A stretch of DNA of 64,000 nucleotides from an uncultured Actinomycetota bacterium (GTDB lineage: Bacteria; Actinomycetota; Actinomycetes; Propionibacteriales; Nocardioidaceae): contig CAWHZH010000013.1 in assembly GCA_963833775.1 (NCBI GenBank), positions 24,330-88,329 on the forward strand, written 5' to 3'. The notes beneath the pieces are model-generated. The model had not been told where the DNA came from. It saw only the letters and a program-made list of their open reading frames with translations, and ran no database searches. This document shows positions 26,949 to 35,585 of the stretch, piece after piece. The position numbers and the translations under genes are program-made. The number at the start of each line of letters is the position of its first letter. The first letter of the stretch is position 1.

Positions 26949-27774
26949 GACCGGCACGTCCGGCCCCACCGGGGCCCAGCCCGCTCTCTCGGTGCGAGGC
27001 CTGCGCAAGGAGTACGGCACCCAGGTCGCCGTCGACGACATGACCTTCGACCTGATGCCGGGGCGCTCGCTGGCCATCGTGGGTGAGTCCGGCAGCGGCA
27101 AGACCACCGTGGCGCGGATGATCGTGGGCCTGGAACGCCCGACTGCCGGCGAGATCGTGGCCTGCGGTCGCGACCGCTCGCGTCCCTCACGCCGAGGCCG
27201 GGAGCGCAAGCTGCGCGGGCGTGAGGTGCAGATCGTCTTCCAGGACCCGTACTCGAGCCTGGACCCGCGCCAGTCGGGGGCGGCCCTGATCGAGGAGGTG
27301 CTGCGGCTGCACCACGACTACGACGCCGCAACTCGGCGCCGTACGATCAACGACCTGGCCGACCTCGTGGGCCTCGACCAGCGCCAGATCAACGCGATGC
27401 CCAGAGCGCTCTCCGGAGGGCAGCGACAGCGCGTCGCGATCGCTCGTGCCCTGGCTGCCGAGCCGAGCGTGTTGATCCTCGACGAGTCGGTGGCGGCTCT
27501 CGACGTGTCGATCCAGGCCCAGGTCCTCAATGTGCTCGCCGACATCCGCGACGAGCGCGGGATCAGCTACGTCCTGATCTCCCACGACCTCGCGGTGGTG
27601 CGGCAACTGACCGAGGAGGCCCTGGTGATGCAGCGGGGCAAGGTCGTCGAGCGCGGCGCCACCGGTCAGCTCCTCGACTCCCCCCAGCACCCCTACACCC
27701 AGAAGTTGAGAGCCAGCGTGCCGGGGCCTGGCTGGAAGCCGTCGCGAGCGGTGCGCGAGACCACCCCGAGCTGA
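26941..27774 (+). CDS. ABC transporter ATP-binding protein (DppF-like)
   Basis: Walker A GESGSGKT, signature LSGGQRQR, Walker B LILDES. It overlaps the upstream gene by 8 nt. Confidence 0.85.
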   Translation: MSETGTSGPTGAQPALSVRGLRKEYGTQVAVDDMTFDLMPGRSLAIVGESGSGKTTVARMIVGLERPTAGEIVACGRDRSRPSRRGRERKLRGREVQIVFQDPYSSLDPRQSGAALIEEVLRLHHDYDAATRRRTINDLADLVGLDQRQINAMPRALSGGQRQRVAIARALAAEPSVLILDESVAALDVSIQAQVLNVLADIRDERGISYVLISHDLAVVRQLTEEALVMQRGKVVERGATGQLLDSPQHPYTQKLRASVPGPGWKPSRAVRETTPS

Positions 27775-27780
27775 CCAGCC

Positions 27781-28995
27781 TCAGCCGGCGACTTCCCTCC
27801 GGACCGTCGTCCAGAGCTCGCCCAGGGTGGCGCCGAGAAGTGCGTGCGTCTGCATGGGGTACGACGAGAAGCCCACGATCATCGTGCGGGTACGACGGTC
27901 GACCCAGCAGAACTGGCCGTGGATCCCCAGCATGCTCACCACCCGTCCCGGCTCCAGCACCCAGGTCTGGTTGTGGTACTCCGCCCCTGGGAACGCATCG
28001 GCCGACTCCCCTCGGGCGAACGCTGCGGCGCGCTCGGCCGACGGCTCGTACGTCTCGTCGACCCAGCGTGCCGGGATCACCTGGTCACCACCGAGGGACC
28101 GGCCCTCGTCCACGAGCAGGTACCCCCAGCGCACGAAGTCGCGCAGCGTGAGGTTCACCTGCCCCTCGACGATGGGGTTACCGACGGAGTCGACATTGAG
28201 CAGCGCCGGTCGTTCCGCACCGAGGTGACGGTAGATCCGGTCCTCGAACAGGTCGACGGCGCGGACGTCGTAGGCGTTCCCGACGGCGATGGGCAACAGG
28301 TTCGTCAGGTAGGAGCCGTAGTTGAACCGGACCCCCGGCGGCTCGGCGGTCCGCGTCAGCTCGGCCTCCGCGAAAGCCAGCACCCCGACCTGACGGGCGG
28401 CCGGCCCCGCGTAGTAGCCCACCGCCTCGGCGTACCGCCAGTACATCGAGTCCTCACGCTCGTAGTGCTCCTCGAGGTCGACCCCCGTGGCCATGTCGAG
28501 GACGTGCTGCACGGTGACCGGGGCCCAGGCGGCGATGGCTGCCAGCTCCGGCACGTACTCGCCGATCGGGCGCGACAGGTCGACCTTGCCCTCGTCGACG
28601 GCGATGCCGACCATCATCGTGGTCAGGGTCTTGGAGCAGGAGTGAGCCACGTGCCGGTCGGACTCCGTCATCCCGTTCCGGTAGGTCTCGTAGACCAGGC
28701 GTCCGTCCTGCACGACTGCCAGCGCATCGGTGTAGAGCCGCCGGTCGAGGAACTGGTCACCGCCCATGGCGTGACCCGTGAGTGGGTCGGTGAACGTCAG
28801 CGCACCGACGTCGAGCATGGTGCCTCGCGGGATGTGCCGCGCCGGGCCGTGCGGGTCCAGCTCGACCGACGGCATCCTCTCGGCCGTGGTGAGCTGCCCG
28901 CGGGGCAGGTTCCAGGGCCGGTCCCAGGTGGTCCCGTCGTAGCCGACTGCGGAGAGGCCCTCGGGGGTACCGGTCGCCGGGATCTCCGTGACCAT
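27781..28995 (-). CDS. Beta-lactamase-fold serine hydrolase, 6-aminohexanoate-dimer hydrolase (NylB/EII)-like
   Basis: This is the C-terminal 404 aa of ORF 27781-29559, with the start at ATG 28995 (alternative ATG 29109). SxxK motif 'HSCSKTL'. Segments 'DRHVAHSCSK...VDEGKVDL..PIGEYVPELA...VLDM' and 'GIHGQFCWVD' resemble the NylB family as I recall it. Confidence 0.75.
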   Translation of the reverse strand: MVTEIPATGTPEGLSAVGYDGTTWDRPWNLPRGQLTTAERMPSVELDPHGPARHIPRGTMLDVGALTFTDPLTGHAMGGDQFLDRRLYTDALAVVQDGRLVYETYRNGMTESDRHVAHSCSKTLTTMMVGIAVDEGKVDLSRPIGEYVPELAAIAAWAPVTVQHVLDMATGVDLEEHYEREDSMYWRYAEAVGYYAGPAARQVGVLAFAEAELTRTAEPPGVRFNYGSYLTNLLPIAVGNAYDVRAVDLFEDRIYRHLGAERPALLNVDSVGNPIVEGQVNLTLRDFVRWGYLLVDEGRSLGGDQVIPARWVDETYEPSAERAAAFARGESADAFPGAEYHNQTWVLEPGRVVSMLGIHGQFCWVDRRTRTMIVGFSSYPMQTHALLGATLGELWTTVRREVAG

Positions 28996-29432
28996 GTGCC
29001 GGTCCCTTCTGGTCGTGTTGTCGGTCAGACGTGCGCACAAGGCGTCGGGGTTCACCCGAGGTTCGTCCGCCGGACCCGGCGTCCTCGTGGATGCTCGCCA
29101 CGATGTCATGCCAGTGCCACGTCGTCGTCGCTCACCCAAGGTGTTCTGTGACACTGCACGCTCTCCTGCGCGAAGTCTCGACAGCGACAACCGACGCGCC
29201 GTCAGTTCTCGGCGAACGAAGCCATGGCAGTGCCGCCGACGTAGAGAGTGGGCGGCGAGCGCGACGGACGTCTTCATGAGTTTGGCGAGCATGCACAGGG
29301 GGTTCCGCCCTCCTTGGCGCGGAGGGAGTGTCGCGGACCGGCCGCGATCGTCCCGTGGTGTCGAGGTTCTGCCGCAGAAACTGCGCCCAGATGGACCACG
29401 GTGCGGCGGGCCTGCCGAATGTCCAGTATTGA

Positions 29433-29462
29433 TTGACGTTGTGTTAAGTCTCAATGTACGTT
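29433..29462 (+). promoter_or_regulatory. Candidate promoter: -35 TTGACG (29433-29438), 18-nt spacer, -10 TACGTT (29457-29462)
   Basis: It sits in the locally AT-richer stretch gtccagtattgattgacgttgtgttaagtctcaatgtacgtt, 56 nt upstream of ATG 29518. Confidence 0.3.
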
Positions 29463-29517
29463 CGTGCACCGAGTGTGACGTCCGACACGCGGACGTTCGT
29501 CGGGAGAAAGCAGTCTG

Positions 29518-30156
29518 ATGAGCACAGAGAAGAAGAATGGCTGGCTCAGGGCCGGCCAACTCGGGACATTGCTCCTGGGGGCATGCGCGCTACTGGTCGC
29601 CCTGGCCACAACGGGCGCATCCGCATCGGGCAAGGGCGACGACCACGGCCACGACTCGGATGGGCTCGCTGCGCGCGTGGCCCATCTCGAGTACGCCCAG
29701 GAGATCTCGGAGGCGAAGCTCGAGATCACCGAGAAGCAGTCGGAGTACGGCCTGTTGTTCAACGGCGACGGGCCCAACGGCCCCGACAGGGCGAAGTGGG
29801 GCAAGGAGATCTTCACCGGCGACGGGCCGTTCCTGGCCTTCGATGCCAACAACCAGTTGATCCCGTCTCAGAGCTTCGAGCACATGAGCGACGAGATCGC
29901 GGGCGCGATCGCGAGCCAGCCCACGACGTGGCCGGACACGTCCAAGCCGAACGGGTCCATGCACTTCATGTACGCCCCCGTCTTCGACTCCATCACGCCG
30001 ACTCGCGCCGTGACACGCACCCCGTCGGTGAGCATCAGCGGCGTGAAGGGGACCGCGGCACCGGTCTCCGTGACGATCCGGGTGTACTGGGACACCTGGA
30101 AGAAGACCTCGGACGGCTGGCGCAAGGTCACGAGCACCTGGTACCGCCTCGACTGA
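29518..30156 (+). CDS. Hypothetical secreted protein (212 aa)
   Basis: Signal peptide (GQLGTLLLGACALLVALATTGASASG), a short His/Asp-rich segment KGDDHGHDSDG, and no recognised domain. RBS-like GGGAGAAAG is upstream. Confidence 0.55.
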   Translation: MSTEKKNGWLRAGQLGTLLLGACALLVALATTGASASGKGDDHGHDSDGLAARVAHLEYAQEISEAKLEITEKQSEYGLLFNGDGPNGPDRAKWGKEIFTGDGPFLAFDANNQLIPSQSFEHMSDEIAGAIASQPTTWPDTSKPNGSMHFMYAPVFDSITPTRAVTRTPSVSISGVKGTAAPVSVTIRVYWDTWKKTSDGWRKVTSTWYRLD

Positions 30157-30175
30157 TCAACCCGACCGATCGTGG

Positions 30176-30207
30176 CAGCGCTCCGGACCTTCAGGTCTGG
30201 AGCGCTG
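30176..30207. terminator. Bidirectional terminator-like hairpin between convergent genes: 14-bp stem with one G-U/mismatch, 4-nt loop
   Basis: CAGCGCTCCGGACC-ttca-GGTCTGGAGCGCTG, lying entirely within the 60-nt gap between stop 30156 and stop 30217. There is no U-tract. Confidence 0.45.
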
Positions 30208-30216
30208 TCCTGGTGG

Positions 30217-31431
30217 TCACCGTGGACGCGGCCGGCCCAGCACGGAGGCGAGCACGTAGTCGGCTATCGCAAGCGCTGACGTCGCCGCCGGCGACGGGGC
30301 GTTGCGGACGGCCGTGACCGCACCGACCTGGCTGATCCGGAAGTCGTCCACGAGGGAGCCGTCCGGGTCGACGGCCTGGGCGCGGACCCCGGCCGGTGCC
30401 CGAACGACGTCGCGCACTGCCAGCTCGGGGACGTACGTCCGCGCCGCACCGACGTACACACGCCTGGACAGGGAGCCACGCACCTCGCGCACGCCCGCCC
30501 GCCAGTGCCTGCGGAACAAGCGGCGGGCGCCCGGCGAACGCGCGATGTCCCACATGTCTCTCGCGTTGGCGTCGCGCAGCCGGTAGCCCTCGCGCGCCAG
30601 CGCCAACACGGCATTCGGTCCGATGTCCACGTCCCCGCCCACACGCGGGGTGAAGTGCACGCCCAGGAACGGGTACGCCGGGTCGGGCACCGGGTAGACC
30701 AGTCCCCGCACCAGCGACCGACGCTCCGGGCGCAGTCGGTAGTACTCACCCCGGAACGGGATGATCACCGGATCCCGCACGTCCCCGGCCGCGCTCGCCA
30801 GGACGTCCGACTGGAGGCCGGCGCAGACGACGACCCGGCCGCAGCGCACCTGGTCGCCGTTCGTGCACTCGACGACGGCGGCCTCGTTCTCCCGTCTGAT
30901 CGCGTGGACCTCACGACCGGTCCTCACAGTGCCGCCCAGTGTCGCGACGTCCTCCGCGTAGGCCATGCACACCGCAGCGAAGTCGACGATCGCGGTCGAC
31001 GGCGAGTGCAGGGCGGCCATCCCAGCCACGTGGGGCTCGACGTCGCGCATCGCTGCCCGGTCGAGGCGGCGGACGCCCGGGACCTGGTTGGCGTGGGCGC
31101 GTCGTTCGAGCTCGGCGAGTCTGTGGAGCTCGGAGGTGTCCCGGGCGACGATCAGCTTGCCGATCTCCCGGTACTCCAGCCCCCGGCCCTGGCAGTACTC
31201 CTTGAGAAGTTGGCCACCGCGTCGGCACAACGTGGCCTTCAGGGATCCTGGTGGGTAGTAGATCCCGGCGTGCACGACCCCGGAGTTGTGGCCACTCTGG
31301 TGGGTCGCGACCGCGGCTTCCTTCTCCAGCACGATCACCTCGCGCCCGGCAAGAGCCAGCGCTCGCGCCACGGCCAGGCCCAGGATGCCGGCGCCGACGA
31401 CGACGACACGCTCGCCCACACTCCCGCTCAT
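30217..31431 (-). CDS. lhgO: L-2-hydroxyglutarate oxidase (FAD-dependent)
   Basis: 'VVVVGAGILGLAVARAL' dinucleotide fold, 'EKE..VATHQSGHNSGVVHAGIYYPPGSLKA' (characteristic of LhgO), 404 aa. Confidence 0.8.
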   Translation of the reverse strand: MSGSVGERVVVVGAGILGLAVARALALAGREVIVLEKEAAVATHQSGHNSGVVHAGIYYPPGSLKATLCRRGGQLLKEYCQGRGLEYREIGKLIVARDTSELHRLAELERRAHANQVPGVRRLDRAAMRDVEPHVAGMAALHSPSTAIVDFAAVCMAYAEDVATLGGTVRTGREVHAIRRENEAAVVECTNGDQVRCGRVVVCAGLQSDVLASAAGDVRDPVIIPFRGEYYRLRPERRSLVRGLVYPVPDPAYPFLGVHFTPRVGGDVDIGPNAVLALAREGYRLRDANARDMWDIARSPGARRLFRRHWRAGVREVRGSLSRRVYVGAARTYVPELAVRDVVRAPAGVRAQAVDPDGSLVDDFRISQVGAVTAVRNAPSPAATSALAIADYVLASVLGRPRPR

Positions 31432-31491
31432 GCCGCGAGTCTACGGGCACGTTTGTCCCTGGCATACGTTCTGCAGTGCTAGCGTACTCAG

Positions 31492-32283
31492 ATGTTAACT
31501 ACAGTCGAACACTCCGCGGCGTTCGACTTCACCGGTTCAGTGGTCCTCGTGACCGGCGGCGGCACTGGGATCGGGCTCTCGGTGACTCAGGCATTCCTCG
31601 ACTCCGGGGCAATCGTGGTGGTGGCGGGGCGTCGGCCTGAGCCGCTGGATCAGGCCGTCGCCGGGGCCGGAGCGGATCGAGGACTCGCCATCCCGTGCGA
31701 CGTAGGAGATCGGCAGGCCGTCCACAACCTCATCCAGACCATCGTGGCGGGCTTCGGGCGGCTCGACGTGGTGGTGAGCAACTCCGCGATCTTCGTCTCC
31801 AGCTCGCTCGCGGACCTCGATGAGGACACGTGGGAGCAGATGCGACGGGTCAACGTCGACGGCTTCTACCATCTGGCGCAAGAGACCCTCCCCCTGCTGG
31901 AGCAGTCGGGCGGGAGCCTCATCGCCGTCTCCAGCGTGTCGGGAGACCGTGGCGATTGGAGCCAGGCCGGCTACAACGCGACCAAGGCGGCCGTGTCCAA
32001 CTTCGTCCGCTCGCTGGCCCTGGACTACGGCCCCCGCGGTGTCCGGATCAATGCCGTGGCACCGGCCTTCACCGTCACCGACATGACGCGTGCCGTGGCG
32101 GAGAATCCCGACGCTCGCCGCGTGTTCGAGAACCGAGTGGCGATCGGGCGGTTGGCCGGCCCCGACGACATCGCCGGATCGGTCCTGTTCTTGGCAAGTG
32201 ATGCCGCGGCGTACGTGACGGGCGTCGTCCTGCCGGTGGACGGAGGCACGAGCGCCTCGACCGGACAAGGGCATCTTGTGTAG
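31492..32283 (+). CDS. SDR family oxidoreductase
   Basis: 'VLVTGGGTGIG', 'SSVSGDRG...YNATKAAV' (YxxxK), 263 aa. A TAGCGT hexamer ends 6 nt before the ATG, so the transcript is possibly leaderless. Confidence 0.85.
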   Translation: MLTTVEHSAAFDFTGSVVLVTGGGTGIGLSVTQAFLDSGAIVVVAGRRPEPLDQAVAGAGADRGLAIPCDVGDRQAVHNLIQTIVAGFGRLDVVVSNSAIFVSSSLADLDEDTWEQMRRVNVDGFYHLAQETLPLLEQSGGSLIAVSSVSGDRGDWSQAGYNATKAAVSNFVRSLALDYGPRGVRINAVAPAFTVTDMTRAVAENPDARRVFENRVAIGRLAGPDDIAGSVLFLASDAAAYVTGVVLPVDGGTSASTGQGHLV

Positions 32284-32325
32284 TCGGGTTGTGTCGTCGG
32301 GCCTGCGACGTCCTCGCCGAGAGTC

Positions 32326-33558
32326 TCAGCCAAGGAGCTCGTCCCTCACGAACTCGAGCTCGCGGGAGACGTAGTCGGTGATGTCACCGTTCTTGAGCTC
32401 GGCGGGGAGCACGTCCCAGGTATAGGTCTCGATCTCGAGGTGGTCCGACAACGGCGACTCTCGGTGGAGTCGAAGCGCCTCCTGAACCGCGTAGCGAGTG
32501 GTGCCGAACGCGCCCAGCTCCTCCAGGAACACCGGGACGTGGAAATGGGTGCGCAGCTCGGCGGGCCGCGGGTCCTGCTCGAAGGCGTCGAGGGCCTCGC
32601 CGAGGTTCAGGAACTGCTCCGCGTCCTCTCCACGCCGCAGGGTGCTCTGGCTGAGGTAGATCGTGTCGGTGAAGCGCCGTAGCTCGGGCACGACCTCGGG
32701 CGTGAGCTCTCCGACGCGCAAGGCGGCGGCCTCCTGCAGCTTGAAGATCGGAACGCCCGCGGCGACCAGTCCCTCGAGGGAGGTGCGTACGTCCTCGAAG
32801 CCGACCGATTGATGACCGATGTCGAAGACGACACCGAGATGTCGGCGGACCAGCCCCTCGGCCTCGGACAGAGGCACTCCCGCGGCCACGGCCAGCTCGG
32901 CGACACCGGCGCGTGAGTGGATCCGCTCGCGAAAGTAGGCGAGCGTCTCGTCGGTGGTCTCCAAGTAGCAGGCCGGCTCCGGTTCGAGCGCCAGCTTCAC
33001 CCGGCGTCCCGTTCCAGCTTCCAGCCGGACCAGGTGAGCCACGGCCCGGAAGAGCTGCGAGGTGAAGCGGTCGACGTACGACGCGTCCACGACATGGGGC
33101 CGGAAGGCGAGGGGAGCCGTCTGGATGCTGGCACTGACGGTCGGAAGTGTCACCTCGGCCAGGATGTCCGCGACCTGACAGGTGTAGATGACGCGTTCGT
33201 CGGTGGTCCAGTCCGGTTCGTACACACGTTCCATCACCCGACCGCCCTTGAACGGTCCGTACGGGAAGGCGTTGACGGTGTAGACGTAGAGGTCCTCGTC
33301 GGCGAGGAATGCCGAAAGCCAGGCGCGCTGCGCGGCCTCTCCGGTGAGGGTCGCTGCTGCCGCCGCGGAGATTCGCAGCGAGACGCCGAAGGGGCGTTCT
33401 GGGGAGACCCGCCGCTTGACGGCGGGAAGGTAGGTCTCGAGACTCTCGCGCATCTCGGCCCAGGTGTCCCCGGGGTGGACGAGTGTCGAGTAGGTCAGAT
33501 GGCCGAGGCCGTTCCCCAAGTCCATCGGACTCCCGTTCTGTTCATTCCGAGTGAACAA
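32326..33558 (-). CDS. Xylose-isomerase-like TIM-barrel protein, EboE-like (sugar-phosphate isomerase/epimerase superfamily)
   Basis: 410 aa. 'LTYSTLVHPGDTW', 'FGVSLRIS', 'VYTVNAFPYGPFKGGRVMERVYEPDWTTDERVIYT' and 'LALEPEPACYLET' match my recollection of the EboE family. An alternative start is ATG 33525. Confidence 0.6.
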   Translation of the reverse strand: MFTRNEQNGSPMDLGNGLGHLTYSTLVHPGDTWAEMRESLETYLPAVKRRVSPERPFGVSLRISAAAAATLTGEAAQRAWLSAFLADEDLYVYTVNAFPYGPFKGGRVMERVYEPDWTTDERVIYTCQVADILAEVTLPTVSASIQTAPLAFRPHVVDASYVDRFTSQLFRAVAHLVRLEAGTGRRVKLALEPEPACYLETTDETLAYFRERIHSRAGVAELAVAAGVPLSEAEGLVRRHLGVVFDIGHQSVGFEDVRTSLEGLVAAGVPIFKLQEAAALRVGELTPEVVPELRRFTDTIYLSQSTLRRGEDAEQFLNLGEALDAFEQDPRPAELRTHFHVPVFLEELGAFGTTRYAVQEALRLHRESPLSDHLEIETYTWDVLPAELKNGDITDYVSRELEFVRDELLG

Positions 33559-33605
33559 ACCGTAGAGTCACGCTGACTACCTGTCAATGGAGAGTGCGGC
33601 GAGGG

Positions 33606-34238
33606 TCAGTGGCGTTGGCCGTGCACGAACCAGATGCCCTCGAAGGTCTCGGAGCCCAGGTTGCGCAGGACGTGGGGGATCGACGAGTCGAACCCCAGGG
33701 ACTCGCCTGGGTGAAGCTTGAAGACCTCGTCCCCCACCGTCACGGCCACCTCGCCAAACAGCACGTATCCGTACTCGTATCCGTCGTGGGTGATCAGATC
33801 GCCGTCCGCGGAGGCGGCGCCCGGTGCGTAGGCGATCTTCATGAAGTTCACGCCATGCTCGGGTGTCGCCGCGAGACGCTCCCATACGACACCTTCGGCC
33901 ATGCTGAGTTGCGGTCGGTGGCTCGGATGGACCACCGACACTCGGTTCGCATACTCGGACGGTTGCCAGGCATTGGTGGGATCCGACGGATGGAGCTCCG
34001 GGTCGGGCGACACGCCGGCGCCGTTGGTTGCGGCGTACGGGCGATCCTCGAACAGTTCGTCCACTGAGACGTTCAGCAACCGCGAGAACGTGTAGAGCGT
34101 CGCTACCGAAGGTTGTGACTTGCCGTTCTCGATCTGCGAGATCAGGGACGGGGAGACGTCCGCCTGGCGGGCCAGCTCGCGCAGCGTGAGTCCCGCTCGG
34201 ACACGGACCTCCTTCAGCCGTCGGCCCAGATCTTCCAT
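33606..34238 (-). CDS. XRE-family transcriptional regulator with C-terminal cupin domain
   Basis: HTH 'LRELARQADVSPSLISQIENGKSQPSVATLYTFSRLLNVSVDELF'. The C-terminal cupin is 'HDGYEYGYVLFGEVAVTVGDEVFKLHPGESLGFDSSIPH'. Confidence 0.8.
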   Translation of the reverse strand: MEDLGRRLKEVRVRAGLTLRELARQADVSPSLISQIENGKSQPSVATLYTFSRLLNVSVDELFEDRPYAATNGAGVSPDPELHPSDPTNAWQPSEYANRVSVVHPSHRPQLSMAEGVVWERLAATPEHGVNFMKIAYAPGAASADGDLITHDGYEYGYVLFGEVAVTVGDEVFKLHPGESLGFDSSIPHVLRNLGSETFEGIWFVHGQRH

Positions 34239-34426
34239 GCCATCCTCTTTGTCCCCGGTAGGTCCGTCGGCCGTCTCTCATGCCGTCGCAAGGCTTCGAC
34301 GAGATTAGCAGGACTGCACGCGCCTCACCCGTACTCACCACGAACCGCGCGGCGAATGGTCAGTCCCACTACCTCGATTCAAGCCTGGCGTTTAGTGACA
34401 CCAAACACTATGCTGCGGCGTGCGTG

Positions 34427-35539
34427 ATGTCGAGCATCGACGGTGGACGACACACAGAAAGCGAGCGAGGGGTGACCGACGCGAGGCGAGCACTGGTGGT
34501 GGGCGCGACCGGAATCGTCGGCCAGGCCGTCGCCGGTCTGCTGGTGGACCGAGGCTGGACGACTTTCGGCCTGTCCCGCAGCGGTGGCCGGCCGCACGGC
34601 GTGACGCCCGTGGTCACCGATCTCTCCGACCCTGACCACCTTTCCTCCGCCCTCGCCGAGGTGCGCCCGAACCTGGTCGCGATCACGGCCTGGACCCGAT
34701 GCGAGACCGAGGCGGAGAACATCGAGGTCAACGGCGGTGCGGTTCGGCATCTGTTGGCTGCGCTCGAGCCGGCACGGTCCGTCCGGCACGTCGCACTGAT
34801 GACCGGCCTCAAGCACTACCTGGGGCCGTTCGAGGCGTACGCCGTCGGCGCGATGCCCGACACCCCGTTTCACGAGTACGAGCCACGGCTCTCATCGCCG
34901 AACTTCTACTACGCCCAAGAGGACGAGCTCTTTGCCGGCGCCGAGCGGAACGGCTTCACCTGGAGCGTCCATCGTGCTCACACCGTGTTCGGCTTCGCGA
35001 CCGGGAACGCGATGAACATGGTGGCCACGATCTGCGCCTACGCGAGCATCTGCAAGGAGACTGGACAGCTGTTCGTCTTTCCCGGGTCGGAGACCCAGTG
35101 GAACGGTGTCACCGACGTCACCGACGCCGAGCTGCTCGCAGAGCAGATCCTGTGGTGTGCAACAGATGAGCACGGACAGAACGAGCCGTTCAACATCGCC
35201 AACGGCGACGTGTTCCGGTGGCGTTGGCTCTGGCCGCAGGTCGCGGAGTACTTCGGTCTGGAGTGGGAAGGCTTCGTCGGCGAGCCGCGCACGCTGGAGA
35301 CCGCGATGGCTGGCGCTGAGGACACCTGGCGGCGGATCGTCGCACGCCACGACTTGGTGGAGCCCGAGCTTGCGCGCGTCGCCTCGTGGTGGCACACCGA
35401 CGGGGACCTGGGACGCAACATCGAAGTGCTCACAGACATGAACAAGAGCAGGAGCGCCGGCTTCGCTGCCCACCGCGACACCCGCGACGCCTTCTTCCGG
35501 TACGCCGAGCGTTATCGAGCTGCGCGGATCATCCCCTGA
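34427..35539 (+). CDS. Extended SDR of the PRISE type (progesterone-5-beta-reductase / iridoid-synthase-like enone reductase family)
   Basis: Derived from ORF 34280-35539, with the start at ATG 34427. 'ALVVGATGIVGQ' Rossmann motif and the hallmark 'NFYYAQEDEL' (NFYYxxED) motif. About 370 aa. Confidence 0.65.
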   Translation: MSSIDGGRHTESERGVTDARRALVVGATGIVGQAVAGLLVDRGWTTFGLSRSGGRPHGVTPVVTDLSDPDHLSSALAEVRPNLVAITAWTRCETEAENIEVNGGAVRHLLAALEPARSVRHVALMTGLKHYLGPFEAYAVGAMPDTPFHEYEPRLSSPNFYYAQEDELFAGAERNGFTWSVHRAHTVFGFATGNAMNMVATICAYASICKETGQLFVFPGSETQWNGVTDVTDAELLAEQILWCATDEHGQNEPFNIANGDVFRWRWLWPQVAEYFGLEWEGFVGEPRTLETAMAGAEDTWRRIVARHDLVEPELARVASWWHTDGDLGRNIEVLTDMNKSRSAGFAAHRDTRDAFFRYAERYRAARIIP

Positions 35540-35585
35540 GCACTCTCGGGGCGGGTGTGACTTCACCCATCCGTCCCGCGTGTCA

